Source: an uncultured cyanobacterium
GTDB taxonomy: Bacteria > Cyanobacteriota > Cyanobacteriia > PCC-6307 > Cyanobiaceae
Assembly: GCA_963765575.1 (NCBI GenBank)
Contig: CAVXWZ010000011.1
Span: 256,001-320,000, forward strand
Length of the DNA: 64,000 nt
Direction of reading: 5' to 3'
The notes beneath the pieces were generated by a model. It made no database searches. It was not told the origin of the DNA and saw only the letters and a program-made list of their open reading frames with translations. Within the stretch, counting starts at the first letter, position 1. Each line of letters opens with the position of its first letter. Position numbers and translations under genes: made by a program. Shown piece after piece: positions 12,597 to 24,018 of this stretch.

Positions 12597-12962
12597 TCAG
12601 ATCACCTCCGGAGCGAGAGACACGATCTTGGTGAAGTTGCGCTCGCGCAGCTCTCGGGCCACGGGCCCGAAGACGCGGGTGCCCTTGGGGTTGTTCTCGG
12701 TGCCGAGAATCACGGCGGCGTTGTCGTCAAAGCGGATCGCATTGCCGGTATCGCGCCGCAGGGTGGCGCGGGTGCGCACCACCACGGCCTTGACGACATC
12801 GGACTTCTTCACACCCATGTTGGGCATGGCGTCCTTGACAGCAGCCACGATCACATCGCCGACGTGGGCGTAGCGGCGGTTGGTGCCCAGCACACGGATG
12901 CACTGGATGCGCTTGGCGCCGCTGTTGTCAGCGACATTGAGGAAGGTTTCCTGTTGAATCAT
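12597..12962 (-). CDS. rplN: 50S ribosomal protein L14
   Basis: [17 protein letters not shown]...[10 protein letters not shown]. Confidence 0.98.
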   Translation of the reverse strand: MIQQETFLNVADNSGAKRIQCIRVLGTNRRYAHVGDVIVAAVKDAMPNMGVKKSDVVKAVVVRTRATLRRDTGNAIRFDDNAAVILGTENNPKGTRVFGPVARELRERNFTKIVSLAPEVI

Positions 12963-12975
12963 TGGGGGGTCCTCC

Positions 12976-13227
12976 TCAAGTGGCGCTGGTGGGGGAAAGC
13001 ACCTCGGCCACGGTCCAGCGCTTGGTGCGGCTGAGCGGCCGGGTTTCGGTGATGCGAACACGATCGCCGACTTTGCAGCCGTTGGTTTCGTCGTGGACCT
13101 TGTAGCGCTTGGTGCGGCTCACCGTCTTCTTGTAGATGGAATGGGGGAAGCGGTTTTCGACCGCGACCACCACCGTTTTGTCCATCTTGTCGCTGACGAC
13201 GGTGCCGACCCGTTCCTTGGTTGCCAT
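12976..13227 (-). CDS. rpsQ: 30S ribosomal protein S17
   Basis: [14 protein letters not shown]...[11 protein letters not shown]. Confidence 0.98.
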   Translation of the reverse strand: MATKERVGTVVSDKMDKTVVVAVENRFPHSIYKKTVSRTKRYKVHDETNGCKVGDRVRITETRPLSRTKRWTVAEVLSPTSAT

Positions 13228-13244
13228 GGGAATCGATGGGGAAA

Positions 13245-13481
13245 TCAGGAGGCGGATGACGTCGAGGTGGCAGCGGTGCTGCCGGAGCGTTGATGCTCAT
13301 TGCGCACCGTCAGCAGGTGGGCCAGCTTGATGCGGGCTGCCTTGAAGCGGTGGGGGTTCTCCAGCCGGCGGGTGGCCTGCTGGAAGCGCAGATCGAACAG
13401 TTCACGCCGGGTGGCGTTGATGCGTTCGTCCAGTTCGCTCACGGCGAGCTGGCGCACATCGGTGATCTCGGGACGGGCCAT
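13245..13481 (-). CDS. rpmC: 50S ribosomal protein L29
   Basis: [20 protein letters not shown]; position between rplP and rpsQ. Confidence 0.96.
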   Translation of the reverse strand: MARPEITDVRQLAVSELDERINATRRELFDLRFQQATRRLENPHRFKAARIKLAHLLTVRNEHQRSGSTAATSTSSAS

Positions 13482-13483
13482 GG

Positions 13484-13993
13484 TCAGGACTCCAGGGAAA
13501 CGGCAGGCTCCGCAGCCTCGGAGCCGGTGGCCTCGGACCCGGAGGCCTCAGAAGCGGCTGCCGCTGCGGCGGCCTCCTGGTCGGCCAAGGTGAGGAACTT
13601 GGTTTTGACGGGCAGCTTGTACTGCGCCAGTCGCATGGCCTCCTGGGCGATCTGGGGGGTGATGTCGACACCGCCCATCTCGAAGAGGATGCGGCCCGGT
13701 TTGATCACGGCCACCCAGAATTCTGGGTTGCCCTTGCCGGAACCCATGCGGGTTTCGGCTGGACGCATGGTCACCGGCTTGTCGGGGAAGATGCGGATCC
13801 AGATCTGGCCGCCCCGCTTGACATAGCGGGTCATGGCCCGGCGGGAGGCCTCAATCTGGCGCGAGGTGATCCAACCGCACTCCTGGGCCTGGAGAGCGAA
13901 CTCGCCGAAGGCGATGGTGTTGCCGCGGGTGGCGACACCGCGCATGCGGCCTCGCTGTTGCTTGCGGAATTTGACGCGTCGTGGACTCAGCAT
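13484..13993 (-). CDS. rplP: 50S ribosomal protein L16
   Basis: [15 protein letters not shown]...RMGSGKG; Ala/Ser/Glu-rich C-tail. Confidence 0.98.
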   Translation of the reverse strand: MLSPRRVKFRKQQRGRMRGVATRGNTIAFGEFALQAQECGWITSRQIEASRRAMTRYVKRGGQIWIRIFPDKPVTMRPAETRMGSGKGNPEFWVAVIKPGRILFEMGGVDITPQIAQEAMRLAQYKLPVKTKFLTLADQEAAAAAAASEASGSEATGSEAAEPAVSLES

Positions 13994-14009
13994 GGTTCAG
14001 GCCTCCTGA

Positions 14010-14738
14010 TCACTCTCGGTTGGAGCGGTCTTCAAACTGTTGGGGCTGCCGGCTGGCCCGGCGACGGGGGGCCGCACCCATGGGCACCTGGTCTTTCTGA
14101 CCGGGAAGCACCTCCCCCTTGAACACCCAAACCTTGATGCCCAGCACCCCGTAGGTGGTGCTGGCCACGCGGGTGGCGTAGTCGATGTCGGCCCTCAGGG
14201 TGTGCAGAGGCACACGCCCTTCCCGGGTCCACTCGGTGCGGGCGATCTCGGCGCCGTTGAGGCGGCCGCTCACCTGGATTTTGAGGCCGAGCACACCGGC
14301 GCGCTGGGCACGCTGCACGGCCATGCGGATCACGCGGCGGAAGGCCACGCGCTTCTCCAACTGCTGGGCGATGTATTCGGCCAGCAGGTAGGCGTCGGCA
14401 TCGACCCGCTCCACCTCCACCACGTTGATGCGCACCTGGCGCTGGGTGTCGCCGACGGTCTTCTGAATGCCGGCCCGGAGTTCCTCAATGCCGCTGCCCT
14501 GACGGCCCACCAGGACGCCGGGACGGGCTGTTTTGAGTTCCACCTCGAGCTGGTCGGCCTTGCGGGCGATCAGCACGTCGGAAATGCCGGCAGAGCCGTA
14601 TTTCTTGTGGATGAACTTGCGGATCCGGTCATCCTCCTGAAGGAGGGTGGGGTAGGTCTTGCTTGGGGCGTACCAACGGGAGCGGTGATCCTGGGTGATC
14701 CCCAGGCGCAGGCCGGTTGGATGGATCTTGTGTCCCAT
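14010..14738 (-). CDS. rpsC: 30S ribosomal protein S3
   Basis: [13 protein letters not shown]...[14 protein letters not shown]. Confidence 0.98.
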   Translation of the reverse strand: MGHKIHPTGLRLGITQDHRSRWYAPSKTYPTLLQEDDRIRKFIHKKYGSAGISDVLIARKADQLEVELKTARPGVLVGRQGSGIEELRAGIQKTVGDTQRQVRINVVEVERVDADAYLLAEYIAQQLEKRVAFRRVIRMAVQRAQRAGVLGLKIQVSGRLNGAEIARTEWTREGRVPLHTLRADIDYATRVASTTYGVLGIKVWVFKGEVLPGQKDQVPMGAAPRRRASRQPQQFEDRSNRE

Positions 14739-14757
14739 CGTTCGGTGTCCTCGGGGG

Positions 14758-15117
14758 TCAGGTGGAGGGAGCCACAGCAATGCTGATGTGGCAGGTCTGT
14801 TTCTTGATGGCGTAGGCGCGGCCCTGGGCGCGGGGCCGGTAGCGCTTCAACGACGGGCCCATGTCGGCGTGGGCCTGGCAGATCACCAGGGAGGCCGGGT
14901 CGAGCCCGAGGTTGTGCTCGGCGTTGGCCACGGCGCTGCGCAGCACCTTGGTGATTGGGCCGGTGGAGCGGTAAGGCATGAACTCGAGCAGGATCAGGGC
15001 ATCGCGGTAGGTGCGGCCCCGAATCTGATCGAGCACCCGCCGCACCTTGGAGGCGGAACCGCGGATGAAGCGGCCATGGGCAACGGCCTGGCTGGTTGTG
15101 CTGGTGGTGTTGGCCAT
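14758..15117 (-). CDS. rplV: 50S ribosomal protein L22
   Basis: [14 protein letters not shown]...RPRAQGRA. Confidence 0.98.
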   Translation of the reverse strand: MANTTSTTSQAVAHGRFIRGSASKVRRVLDQIRGRTYRDALILLEFMPYRSTGPITKVLRSAVANAEHNLGLDPASLVICQAHADMGPSLKRYRPRAQGRAYAIKKQTCHISIAVAPST

Positions 15118-15120
15118 GAT

Positions 15121-15396
15121 TCAGCGACCTCCTTTCTTGTCTTTGATGTGGCCCTTGAAGGTGCGCGTGGGGGCGAATTCCCCAAGCTTATGGCCCACCA
15201 TCTGCTCGGTGACATAGACCGGCACGTGGGATCGGCCGTTGTGAACGGCGATCGTGTGGCCAATCATCATCGGCAGGATGGTGGAAGCCCGTGACCAGGT
15301 CTTGATCACAGACTTGTCGTCGGCGGCATTCTGCTTTTCAACCTTGCGCAGCAGGCTGTCAGCTACAAAGGGGCCTTTTTTGAGTGAACGTCCCAT
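15121..15396 (-). CDS. rpsS: 30S ribosomal protein S19
   Basis: [10 protein letters not shown]...[11 protein letters not shown]. Confidence 0.98.
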   Translation of the reverse strand: MGRSLKKGPFVADSLLRKVEKQNAADDKSVIKTWSRASTILPMMIGHTIAVHNGRSHVPVYVTEQMVGHKLGEFAPTRTFKGHIKDKKGGR

Positions 15397-15431
15397 GGCG
15401 GATTAAGCGGTGAGCAGAGCGGTGTTGGTCA

Positions 15432-16295
15432 TCAGGAATCGCGTCCGCCACGGCTCCGCTTGGAGGTGCGGCGACGTTTCCGGAGCACAAAACGGTTGCT
15501 GGGCTTGTTCCGCTTGCGGGTCTTGAAGCCAAGGGTCGGTTTCCCCCAAGGGGTCACCGGACCGGAGCGGCCAATCGGGGCACGGCCCTCACCACCACCG
15601 TGGGGGTGGTCGCAGGGGTTCATCACCGAGCCGCGCACCTCGGGCCGCCGGCCCAGCCAGCGTTTGCGGCCGGCCTTGCCGAGGCTCGTGTTGCGCACCT
15701 CGGAGTTGCCCACCGCCCCCAGGGTGGCGTAGCACTCGCGGCGCACCAGGCGGACTTCGGTGGACGGCAGCTTGAGAGCCACGTAGTCACCCTCCTTGGC
15801 CATCACCTGGGCGCTGGCACCGGCCGTGCGCACCATCTGACCGCCGCGACCGGCGTAGAGCTCCACGTTGTGAACACTTGAGCCCAGTGGGATGGCGGAG
15901 AGGGGCAGGGCATTGCCGGTTTCAATCGGCGCATCGGGCCCGGAGACCAGCTGTTGGCCGATCTCCACGCCCGCCGGCGCCAGGATGTAGCGCTTCTCGC
16001 CGTCGGTATAGAAGAGCAGGGCCAGCCGGGCGTTGCGGTGGGGGTCGTAGTGGATGGCGGCCACCTTGGCCGTCACGCCGAGCTTGTCGCGGCGGAAATC
16101 AACGAGCCGGTAGAGGCGCTTGTGGCCACCACCGCGGTGGCGACAGGTGATCACGCCGCGGTTGTTGCGGCCCTTGCGGCGGTGCTTGGCCACCACCAGG
16201 CCCTTGATGCGCTCGCGACCGGTGATCTCAGCAAAGTTGCTGGCGACGCGGGTGCGGGTGCCAGGGGTGGTGGGGCGGTAGTTACGGATTGCCAT
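15432..16295 (-). CDS. rplB: 50S ribosomal protein L2
   Basis: GRNNRGVIT...[13 protein letters not shown]. Confidence 0.98.
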   Translation of the reverse strand: MAIRNYRPTTPGTRTRVASNFAEITGRERIKGLVVAKHRRKGRNNRGVITCRHRGGGHKRLYRLVDFRRDKLGVTAKVAAIHYDPHRNARLALLFYTDGEKRYILAPAGVEIGQQLVSGPDAPIETGNALPLSAIPLGSSVHNVELYAGRGGQMVRTAGASAQVMAKEGDYVALKLPSTEVRLVRRECYATLGAVGNSEVRNTSLGKAGRKRWLGRRPEVRGSVMNPCDHPHGGGEGRAPIGRSGPVTPWGKPTLGFKTRKRNKPSNRFVLRKRRRTSKRSRGGRDS

Positions 16296-16310
16296 GTGAT
16301 GTCAGACCCC

Positions 16311-16613
16311 TCAGGACTCCGGGAACAGCTGGATGGCGTTGCCCTCAGCCAGGCGCACCACGGCCTTCTTGACCTGGGCGCGCTTGCCGGCGAAGCGACC
16401 GACACGGCGGCTCCGGCGCGGCGGATTCATGGTGCTTACGCCCACCACCTTGACGTCGAAGAGTTCCTCGACGGCCGCCTTGATGGCGGGCTTGGCGGCG
16501 CGGTGGTCCACCTCAAAGGTGTACTGGTTGAACTCGAGGGCGCGGGTGGCCTTCTCGGTGATCAGCGGCCGGCGGATGACATCCGCCAGCCGACCTGTAA
16601 AACGCTCAGCCAT
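16311..16613 (-). CDS. rplW: 50S ribosomal protein L23
   Basis: [10 protein letters not shown]...YTFEVD...KKAVVRL. Confidence 0.97.
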   Translation of the reverse strand: MAERFTGRLADVIRRPLITEKATRALEFNQYTFEVDHRAAKPAIKAAVEELFDVKVVGVSTMNPPRRSRRVGRFAGKRAQVKKAVVRLAEGNAIQLFPES

Positions 16614-17241
16614 CGCCGTAGACCTCCTGAATGGTCGCCAGTGCCTGCTCACCAACCACCAGGTAGGTGGCGTGGAGCAGATCGAACACATTGAGCTGAT
16701 CCGCAGCGATCAGCTTGACCTTCTGGAGGTTGCGCACCGAGCGGCGCAGCACCTCCGTGGGGTTGTTGAGCACCAGCAGCACCTTGGCGCCGGCCTCGAT
16801 GCCGAGGCGGGCCAGGGCTGCGGTGATCTCGCTGGTTTTAGGGGTGTCGAGGGACGCCCCGAAATCCTTCACCACGGTGATGGCGTCGATGCGGCTCATC
16901 AGCGCCGTGCGCAGGGCCAGGCGCCGCTCCTTGCGGTTCATCGCCAGGTTGTAGCTGCGCGGCTTGGGCCCGAAGATCACCCCGCCGCCGGGGCGCAAGG
17001 GCGTGCGGATCGAGCCCTGCCGGGCGCGGCCCGTGCCTTTCTGCTTGTAAGGCTTGCGGCCACCGCCGGCGACTTCAGCGCGGGTGAGCGTGCTGGCCGT
17101 GCCCTGGCGGGCATGGGCCAGTTGACGCACCACGGCGCGCTGCACCAGGTCGGCAGCCGAGCTTTCCTTGGCAACCTTGAGGCTGAGGTCGGCCATGCCG
17201 GCCTCCTTGCCCTGCCAGTCGCGAATCACACAATCAGCCAT
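16606..17241 (-). CDS. rplD: 50S ribosomal protein L4
   Basis: [19 protein letters not shown]. Confidence 0.98.
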   Translation of the reverse strand: MADCVIRDWQGKEAGMADLSLKVAKESSAADLVQRAVVRQLAHARQGTASTLTRAEVAGGGRKPYKQKGTGRARQGSIRTPLRPGGGVIFGPKPRSYNLAMNRKERRLALRTALMSRIDAITVVKDFGASLDTPKTSEITAALARLGIEAGAKVLLVLNNPTEVLRRSVRNLQKVKLIAADQLNVFDLLHATYLVVGEQALATIQEVYGDG

Positions 17242-17252
17242 TGGTTTGCTCC

Positions 17253-17900
17253 TCAGTTGCCACGCTTGGCGCCCACCCGGTTGGCCGGGCAGATGTTGAG
17301 CAAGGAGCCGGGTTTGCCGGGCACCGAGCCCTTGACCACCAGCAGGTTGCGCTCGGCGTCCACCTTCAGCACTGTGAGGCCCCGGGTGGTGATCTGCTTG
17401 CCGCCGTAGCGGCCGGCCATGCGCTTGCCGGGGTAGACCCGGCCCGGCGTGGTGCCGGCGCCGGTGGAGCCAGGCAGGCGGTGGTTCTTGGAGCCGTGGG
17501 TCATGGGGCCCCGGCTGAAGCCATGGCGTTTCTGGTAGCCGGCAAAGCCGCGGCCCATGGTGTCGCCACTCACATCCACCTTCTGGCCGGGTTCGAAGGC
17601 GCTCACGGTGACGGGGGCACCGAGTTCGAGGCCTTCCAGGCTCTCGACCCGGTATTCCTTGAAATGGCGCAGCAGGTCGTCACCGGATTTGGCCAGGTGA
17701 CCGCGGGCGGGCTGGTTGACAAGCTTTTCGCGCACCTCGCCGAAGCCAAGTTGCACGGCGGTGTAGCCGTCGGTGCCGGTGGATTTGAGCTGGGTGACGC
17801 GGCAGGGGCCCGCCTCGATCAGGGTGACCGGGATGGACCTGCCCTCGTCGTCGAAGAACTGGGACATGCCCAATTTCTTCCCGAGAATGCCGATGGACAT
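17253..17900 (-). CDS. rplC: 50S ribosomal protein L3
   Basis: [14 protein letters not shown]...[11 protein letters not shown]...KGSVPG. Confidence 0.98.
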   Translation of the reverse strand: MSIGILGKKLGMSQFFDDEGRSIPVTLIEAGPCRVTQLKSTGTDGYTAVQLGFGEVREKLVNQPARGHLAKSGDDLLRHFKEYRVESLEGLELGAPVTVSAFEPGQKVDVSGDTMGRGFAGYQKRHGFSRGPMTHGSKNHRLPGSTGAGTTPGRVYPGKRMAGRYGGKQITTRGLTVLKVDAERNLLVVKGSVPGKPGSLLNICPANRVGAKRGN

Positions 17901-18295
17901 GGGAGGGGGGTGAAGCGCCAGCTGGACGTCTGGCAACGACCTGAATCCCGATCGAAACCGGGGTCCTGGTGAAGCCAGGTTCCGGCCGAGGCCGGAGAGC
18001 TGCAGCAGTCGTGATGGTCGAGCTTGGCCTTGGGGGCCGCAGGGGACTGACTGGCAGACCCGATGCGCAATCCAGGGAGCTAGCGAGACGGATCAGGACC
18101 CGTTCAGCGGCGGCTGGGACTTGTCTGGACCGGATCCGCTTTTGGGGCGGTGCGTTCAGGCAGTTTCCCGACGGGATCAAGCGGACGCTCGCCCCGTATG
18201 GCCGAAGAAGATCACCACCACTGGTGATCTGGTGTCAGGGACTGGAGGCCCGGCTAGCGGACGGGCGCAGACGTCTGACACAGCTAAAGAATGTA
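17901..18295 (-). promoter_or_regulatory. Promoter (candidate -10 TACATT at 18290-18295) and long 5' leader of the rplC operon
   Basis: No credible ORF between rplC and ndhN; hairpins such as AGATCACCA...TGGTGATCT (18208-18230). Confidence 0.45.
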
Positions 18296-18392
18296 ACCCA
18301 CGGGGGTACACCCTCCCCCGCACAGGCTTCTACGCTGCCGCCCCAGCAACTGTGCAGCGGCTGTCAGACTCATGGCAGCCTTGTTGCTCGCG

Positions 18393-18848
18393 ATGCCGCT
18401 GCTGCTCACCGGCCGAGGGTTCCGTCAGGAGCTGGAGGAGTCCGGCGCCCTGGCGCTGTTTGCCCCCCTGGAGGGTGGCGCCGAAACCCGCCTGCTGAGG
18501 CGGATGCGGGCCGCTGGTTACCGGGCCCAGATGACCTCCGCCCGCGGGCTGGGGGATCCCGAGGCCTTCCTCTTCCAGCTGCACGGAGTGCGTCCGCCCC
18601 ATCTCGGTCACCAGAGTGTGGGCCGGGGCGCCGCCGTGGGCGAGGCCTTCCGCGTCATGCCCCAGCTGGGTGCCCTGCTGGAGGGCACCCAGCCGATGCT
18701 GCTCTGGCTGCTGGAGGGGCAGGTGCTGTCCTCCGCCGAGCTGGCTTCGCTGGTGTCGCTCACCCGCCGCGAACCCCGGCTGCGGGTGGTGGTGGAGCTG
18801 GGGGGATCCCGATCCCTGCGTTGGCAGCCCCTCAGCGAGCTGATTTGA
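18393..18848 (+). CDS. ndhN: NDH-1 subunit N
   Basis: MPLLLTG...[14 protein letters not shown]...[12 protein letters not shown]...[10 protein letters not shown]. Confidence 0.93.
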   Translation: MPLLLTGRGFRQELEESGALALFAPLEGGAETRLLRRMRAAGYRAQMTSARGLGDPEAFLFQLHGVRPPHLGHQSVGRGAAVGEAFRVMPQLGALLEGTQPMLLWLLEGQVLSSAELASLVSLTRREPRLRVVVELGGSRSLRWQPLSELI

Positions 18849-19897
18849 TCCCTGCCGGCCGGACTGCGGCCCCATCGCTGCCAGCTGAGCCGCCGCTGCC
18901 AGCTGAGACGGCACTGGCCCAGGGCCGCTGGGTGAAGTTGATCGCCGGGGCCAGCAACCAGGATCTGGCGGCGATCGAAGACCTGGCCGGGATCTATGTC
19001 CTGGCGGGAGCCCACTGTCTGGACCTGGCCGCCGATAGCGCCGTGGTGGCGGCGGCGCGGCGGGGGATGGCCTGGGCTGAGGCCCATGGGGCCCCACGGC
19101 CCTGGGTGATGCTGAGCCTCAGCGATGGGCAGGATCCCCACTTTCGCAAGGCCTGGTTCGATCCCCAGCGCTGTCCGGCCGACTGCCCGCGGCCCTGTGA
19201 ACGGATCTGCCCGGCCCTGGCGATCGGGGAGCGGGCCACCGGTGCGCCGGGGGTGCTGGCTGAGCGCTGCTACGGCTGCGGCCGCTGCCTGCCGGCCTGC
19301 CCGCTGGGGGTGATCGAGGAGCGCTCCTGGCTGTTGGAGCCCGCCGCCGTGGCCCCGCTGCTGGCCACGCTGCGGCCCGATGCGGTGGAGCTGCACACCA
19401 GTCCCGGGCGGCAGTTGGCCTTCGAGCGGCGCCTCGATCAGCTGCGCGCCAGTGGTCTGCGCCTGCGACGGGTGGCCGTGAGTGCTGGAGCGGAGGTGCC
19501 CACCGCTGAGCTCTGGCAGCGCTTCGCTGCCCTGCGGCAGCGGGGATACCGGCCCCTGTGGCAGTTGGACGGCCGACCGATGAGTGGCGACGTGGGCGCT
19601 GGCACCGCCCGGGCGGCGGTGGCCCTGCTGGCTCGCCGGCGCCAGCGGATGCCGCCTGGGCCGCTGCAGTTGGCCGGCGGCACCAACGGCCGCAGCCTGC
19701 CGTTGCTGGAGGCCCAGCCAGCCCTGGCCGCCGCCTGTGCCGGCGTGGCCTTCGGCGGGGTGGCCCGCCGGCTGCTGCAGCCCCTGCTGCTGGAGGGCCA
19801 GACCCGCGCCGGCGGCGTTCGCCACGACCCCGAGCTCCGGCGCCGCGCCCTGGACCTGGCCCGGTCGCTGCTGCGGCCCTGGCTAGAACGGTCATGA
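18845..19897 (+). CDS. ldpA: Circadian input Fe-S protein LdpA
   Basis: [16 protein letters not shown], two Fe-S motifs ([26 protein letters not shown]), [15 protein letters not shown]; start uncertain (TTG overlapping ndhN stop). Confidence 0.88.
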   Translation: MIPAGRTAAPSLPAEPPLPAETALAQGRWVKLIAGASNQDLAAIEDLAGIYVLAGAHCLDLAADSAVVAAARRGMAWAEAHGAPRPWVMLSLSDGQDPHFRKAWFDPQRCPADCPRPCERICPALAIGERATGAPGVLAERCYGCGRCLPACPLGVIEERSWLLEPAAVAPLLATLRPDAVELHTSPGRQLAFERRLDQLRASGLRLRRVAVSAGAEVPTAELWQRFAALRQRGYRPLWQLDGRPMSGDVGAGTARAAVALLARRRQRMPPGPLQLAGGTNGRSLPLLEAQPALAAACAGVAFGGVARRLLQPLLLEGQTRAGGVRHDPELRRRALDLARSLLRPWLERS

Positions 19898-21588
19898 TCC
19901 ACCCGGTGGTTCCCCTGGTGCCCAGCCCGCCGTCACCCCAGCGCATCACCGACGATCTGGATCGGCTGCTCACGGTGCTCCCCGCCCCGGTGGCAGCGGC
20001 CCTCCCCTGCTGTCAGGAGCGCGACCAGCTGTTGGAGGTGGTGCTGGATCTGGGCCGAGTGCCCGAAGCCCGCTACCCCGGCCGGGCGGTGGCCCTGGGT
20101 GAGCGTCCCATCGAGCGGGACGACCTGGCCGCCGTGGTCGAACGCCTCGGGGCCTTCGGCGGTGACAACCGCGCTGGCATTGAGCGCACCCTGCACCGCA
20201 TCAGCGCCATCCGCAACCGCAGCGGCGAGATCGTGGGACTCACCTGCCGGGTGGGCCGGGCCGTGTTCGGCACCGTGGCGATGGTGCGCGATCTGCTCGA
20301 TGCCGGCCGCTCCCTGCTGCTGATGGGACGCCCCGGGGTGGGCAAGACCACCGCCCTGCGGGAGATCGCCCGGGTGCTGGCCGATGAGCTGGGCAAGCGG
20401 GTGGTGGTGATCGACACCAGCAACGAGATCGCCGGGGACGGCGACATCCCCCATCCGGCCATCGGCCGGGCCCGGCGCATGCAGGTGGCCCGCCCCGAAC
20501 TCCAGCACCAGGTGATGATCGAGGCGGTGGAGAACCACATGCCCGAGGTCATCGTGATCGATGAGATCGGCACCGAGCTGGAGGCCCTGGCGGCCCGCAC
20601 CATCGCTGAGCGCGGCGTGGTTCTGGTGGCCACGGCCCATGGCAACGCCCTCGACAACCTGATCAAGAACCCCACCCTCAGCGACCTGGTGGGCGGAATC
20701 CAGTCGGTGACCCTCGGGGATGAGGAGGCGCGGCGCCGGCGCACCCAGAAAACGGTGCTGGAGCGGGCCGCTGAGCCCACCTTCCCCCTGGCGGTGGAGA
20801 TGCACAGCCGTCAGCGCTGGCTGGTGCACCTCGATGTGGCCGCCACGGTGGATGCTCTGCTGCGCGGCCAGGCCGCCAGGCCCCAGGTGCGGGAGCTGGC
20901 TGACGATGGGCGCGTCAGCCGCCAGGACAGCCGGGTTCCAGCCCTTGTGCTGGCCCCGCCGGTGGGCGATGGGGCTGGCCAGGCCGGCGCTCGGGTGCGC
21001 CGGCTGCCCCAAGTCTTGCCCCGCCCCGAGGCGTCGCCTGAGCTGTCGCAGTCGACTGGGCTGTCTGGGCCGGCGGCACCCGCAGCGGAGCAGACGCTGC
21101 CCCTGCGGGTGCATGGGGCCGGCATCCCTGCGGGGCTGCTGGAGCAGGTGGTGCGCGCCCGCACCCTGCCCCTGCAGGTGGTGGGCAGCGTGGATGCGGC
21201 CGACGTCGTGCTCAGCGTGCGTCAGCATCTGGGGCGCGATCCCCACGTGCGTCGGCAGGCACGGGAGCAGGGCCTGCCGATCCTGGTGATCAAGAGCACG
21301 GCCCTGCCCCAGCTGCAGCGGGGCCTGGAGCGGCTGCTGGAGCGCCATGGCCGCAGTGGCACCGTGCCCTCCCCCCAGGCCCAGGGCCAAGACGATTCCC
21401 TGGGCGCCATGGAGGAATGCCGGCTGGCGGTGGAGCAGGTGGTGCTGGCCACCGGCCAGCCCGTGGAGTTGCGGCCCCGCAGTGAGACGATTCGCCACAT
21501 GCAGGCGGAGCTCGCCGCCCGCTACCGCCTGCGCACCGCCGTGTTTGGTCGTGGTGAGCAACAGCGCCTGCGGGTGTTCCCCGCCTGA
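19894..21588 (+). CDS. ycf45: Ycf45/SpoIIIAA-family AAA+ ATPase with R3H-like C-terminus
   Basis: GRPGVGKTT Walker [23 protein letters not shown] overlap with ldpA. Confidence 0.88.
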   Translation: MIHPVVPLVPSPPSPQRITDDLDRLLTVLPAPVAAALPCCQERDQLLEVVLDLGRVPEARYPGRAVALGERPIERDDLAAVVERLGAFGGDNRAGIERTLHRISAIRNRSGEIVGLTCRVGRAVFGTVAMVRDLLDAGRSLLLMGRPGVGKTTALREIARVLADELGKRVVVIDTSNEIAGDGDIPHPAIGRARRMQVARPELQHQVMIEAVENHMPEVIVIDEIGTELEALAARTIAERGVVLVATAHGNALDNLIKNPTLSDLVGGIQSVTLGDEEARRRRTQKTVLERAAEPTFPLAVEMHSRQRWLVHLDVAATVDALLRGQAARPQVRELADDGRVSRQDSRVPALVLAPPVGDGAGQAGARVRRLPQVLPRPEASPELSQSTGLSGPAAPAAEQTLPLRVHGAGIPAGLLEQVVRARTLPLQVVGSVDAADVVLSVRQHLGRDPHVRRQAREQGLPILVIKSTALPQLQRGLERLLERHGRSGTVPSPQAQGQDDSLGAMEECRLAVEQVVLATGQPVELRPRSETIRHMQAELAARYRLRTAVFGRGEQQRLRVFPA

Positions 21589-21789
21589 GCATGACGCCGC
21601 TGGGTTCGGGGACGCTCTGGAGCCGTTGACGAAGGGCAGGGCGCTGTGGGTAACTGGCTAAGCATTCGGGGCTGAGCGCTCAGGATCAGGCCACTCCGTG
21701 GTCCGATTCAGTTGCCAGGTTGAACGGCAAGCATTCAGGGCCCCGGGCACTGAACCAGCCGCCAGACTTTCAGCTCCCCATGCCCTTGA

Positions 21790-21861
21790 TGGGCCGTCGC
21801 CAAGTGGTAAGGCAGCGGGTTTTGGTCCCGCCATTCCTAGGTTCGAATCCTAGCGGCCCAG
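21790..21861 (+). tRNA. trnQ: tRNA-Gln (TTG)
   Basis: TGGGCCG acceptor stem, anticodon arm GCGGG-TTTTGGT-CCCGC, GTTCGAATCC T-arm; CCA not encoded. Confidence 0.96.
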
Positions 21862-21881
21862 TTCTGATCTCCCTCCGCACC

Positions 21882-22655
21882 ATGCCGGACACCCCGTTGC
21901 TGGTGTGCGATTTCGATGGCGTGCTCGTCGACGGCATGCCGGAATATTGGTGGTCGGCCCGCCGGGCCGCCCTGCGGCTGCAGCCGGGCCTGGTTCTGCC
22001 CGAGCAGGCGCCCCCTGGTTTTGCCCGCCTGCGCCCGCTGATGCACAAGGGCTGGGAGATGGTGCTGATGGCGGCCGAGCTGTCCCGCGGCGACCTGGAC
22101 CTCGAGGCCCTGCTGGCGGCCTACGACGACGGCCTGCCCCGGGCGCTGGAGCGGTGGGGTTGGCACGCCGACCAGCTCCAGACGGCGCTGGAGGAGGTGC
22201 GCCGCCAGGCCCTGGCCGACGACCTGCCGGCATGGCTGGCCCTGCATCGCTTCTATCCCGGCGTGGTGGAGCGGCTACGCCGCCTGGGCGCTGAGCGCAG
22301 CGAGTGGTTGGTGCTCACCACCAAGGGGGGCGCCTTCGCCCGCCGGATCCTGGAGCAGGCGGGTCTGGAGCCGCGCACCGTCTACGGCCATGAGCAGGGC
22401 AGCAAGCCCGAGGTGCTGGAGCGCCTGCTCAGCGAGCGCAGGCCCCTGTGGTTCCTGGAGGACAGGCGGGCGACCCTGGAGCAGGTCTGCGCCCGGCCGG
22501 AGCTCCGGGCCGTGCGCTGCTTTCTGGTGAGCTGGGGCTATCTGGCTCCTGCGGACGCCCTGGCCCTGCCGGAGGCGATTCAGTGGCTGGAGCCGATGGA
22601 GTTTGACAAGCCTCTGGCGCAGTGGCCAGGATCCGATAAAGTACGTGTGTACTAA
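21882..22655 (+). CDS. HAD-superfamily hydrolase
   Basis: CDFDGVLVD motif I, LTTK, LEDR, VSWGY. Confidence 0.9.
   Translation: MPDTPLLVCDFDGVLVDGMPEYWWSARRAALRLQPGLVLPEQAPPGFARLRPLMHKGWEMVLMAAELSRGDLDLEALLAAYDDGLPRALERWGWHADQLQTALEEVRRQALADDLPAWLALHRFYPGVVERLRRLGAERSEWLVLTTKGGAFARRILEQAGLEPRTVYGHEQGSKPEVLERLLSERRPLWFLEDRRATLEQVCARPELRAVRCFLVSWGYLAPADALALPEAIQWLEPMEFDKPLAQWPGSDKVRVY
22640..22653. promoter_or_regulatory. LexA (SOS) box upstream of recA
   Basis: AGTACGTGTGTACT fits cyanobacterial consensus RGTACNNNDGTWCB; 120 nt before recA start. Confidence 0.75.
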
Positions 22656-22773
22656 GCGCCGTTGAGACGCCGGCCCCTTTCGGTGGCACTGGTTTGCTGG
22701 GATCGCAGGGACCACGCCGGGCGGCATCGCTTCGGCAGGATCGCCCCGCGGCCCGTCCCATCGCGCCATCTCC

Positions 22774-23997
22774 ATGCCCGCTGACCCGAAGCCCGCTGAC
22801 CCGAAGCCCGCCACCCCCAGCGATGCCCGTTCGCTCCACCGCAATCCCTCCCCTTACTCCGCCATGGCCCCTACCGGCAACGCAGCCAGTGCCGCTGCAG
22901 CTTCCCCCGCCGCTGCCGTGAGCGCCGCCGATTCCCGGGCTGCGGCCGAGCGCGACAAGGCCCTCGGCCTCGTGCTGAACCACATCGAGCGCAACTTCGG
23001 CAAGGGCTCGATCATGCGTCTCGGTGATGCCTCCCGCATGCGGGTGGAAACCGTCCCCACCGGTGCCCTCACCCTCGACCTGGCTCTGGGCGGCGGCTAT
23101 CCCAAGGGCCGGGTCGTGGAGGTCTATGGGCCCGAGAGCTCCGGCAAGACCACCCTCACCCTGCATGCCATCGCCGAGGTGCAGCGCCGCGGTGGCGTCG
23201 CCGCCTTCGTCGATGCCGAGCATGCCCTCGACCCGGTGTACGCCGCGGCCCTGGGGGTCGACATCGAAAACCTGCTCGTCTCCCAGCCAGACACCGGTGA
23301 GATGGCCCTGGAGATCGTGGATCAGCTCGTGCGCTCCGCCGCCGTCGACATCGTCGTGGTCGACTCGGTGGCTGCCCTCACCCCCCGGGCGGAGATCGAA
23401 GGCGAGATGGGCGATCTGGCGGTGGGCAGCCAGGCTCGGCTGATGAGCCAGGCGATGCGCAAGATCACCGGCAACATCGGCAAGTCGGGCTGCACGGTGA
23501 TCTTCCTCAACCAGCTGCGCCAGAAGATCGGTGTGACCTACGGCAATCCCGAGACCACCACCGGCGGCAATGCCCTGAAGTTCTATGCCTCGGTGCGGCT
23601 GGACATCCGCCGCATTCAGACGCTCAAGCGGGGCACGGAGGAATACGGCATCCGCGCCAAGGTGAAGGTGGCCAAGAACAAGGTGGCTCCGCCGTTCCGC
23701 ATCGCCGAGTTCGACATCCTCTTCGGCCGTGGCATCAGCACCCTGGGCTGCCTGCTCGACCTCGCCGAGGAGACGGGCGTGGTGGTGCGCAAGGGGGCCT
23801 GGTACAGCTACGAGGGGGACAACATCGGCCAGGGACGGGACAACACCATCACCTGGCTGGAACAGAACCCCGAACAGTGTGCGGCCGTGGAAACACTCAC
23901 GCGCCAGAAGCTCACCGAGGGGTCCGAGGTGAGTGCCAACTCGATGAAGCCCCTGGCGGCCGCCGCCAGGACGGCCGCGGTGCCGGCGGCCGACTGA
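22774..23997 (+). CDS. recA: Recombinase A
   Basis: [37 protein letters not shown]; long low-complexity N-terminus. Confidence 0.98.
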   Translation: MPADPKPADPKPATPSDARSLHRNPSPYSAMAPTGNAASAAAASPAAAVSAADSRAAAERDKALGLVLNHIERNFGKGSIMRLGDASRMRVETVPTGALTLDLALGGGYPKGRVVEVYGPESSGKTTLTLHAIAEVQRRGGVAAFVDAEHALDPVYAAALGVDIENLLVSQPDTGEMALEIVDQLVRSAAVDIVVVDSVAALTPRAEIEGEMGDLAVGSQARLMSQAMRKITGNIGKSGCTVIFLNQLRQKIGVTYGNPETTTGGNALKFYASVRLDIRRIQTLKRGTEEYGIRAKVKVAKNKVAPPFRIAEFDILFGRGISTLGCLLDLAEETGVVVRKGAWYSYEGDNIGQGRDNTITWLEQNPEQCAAVETLTRQKLTEGSEVSANSMKPLAAAARTAAVPAAD

Positions 23998-24018
23998 GTG
24001 GCCGGCCAGCGCCTCAGC

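Noticed and set aside
6890..17900. Absence of rpsJ, rpsN, rpmD, rpsD and infA from the ribosomal cluster
   Set aside because: Usual (pico)cyanobacterial arrangement; these genes lie elsewhere or are absent in the lineage.
18292..18310. Possible NtcA box
   Set aside because: Spacing is GTA-N11-TAC, not GTA-N8-TAC.
17969..19897. 642-aa ORF suggesting an N-terminally extended LdpA
   Set aside because: The upstream part overlaps ndhN in another frame and the rplC leader; only the part from ~18845 has LdpA motifs.
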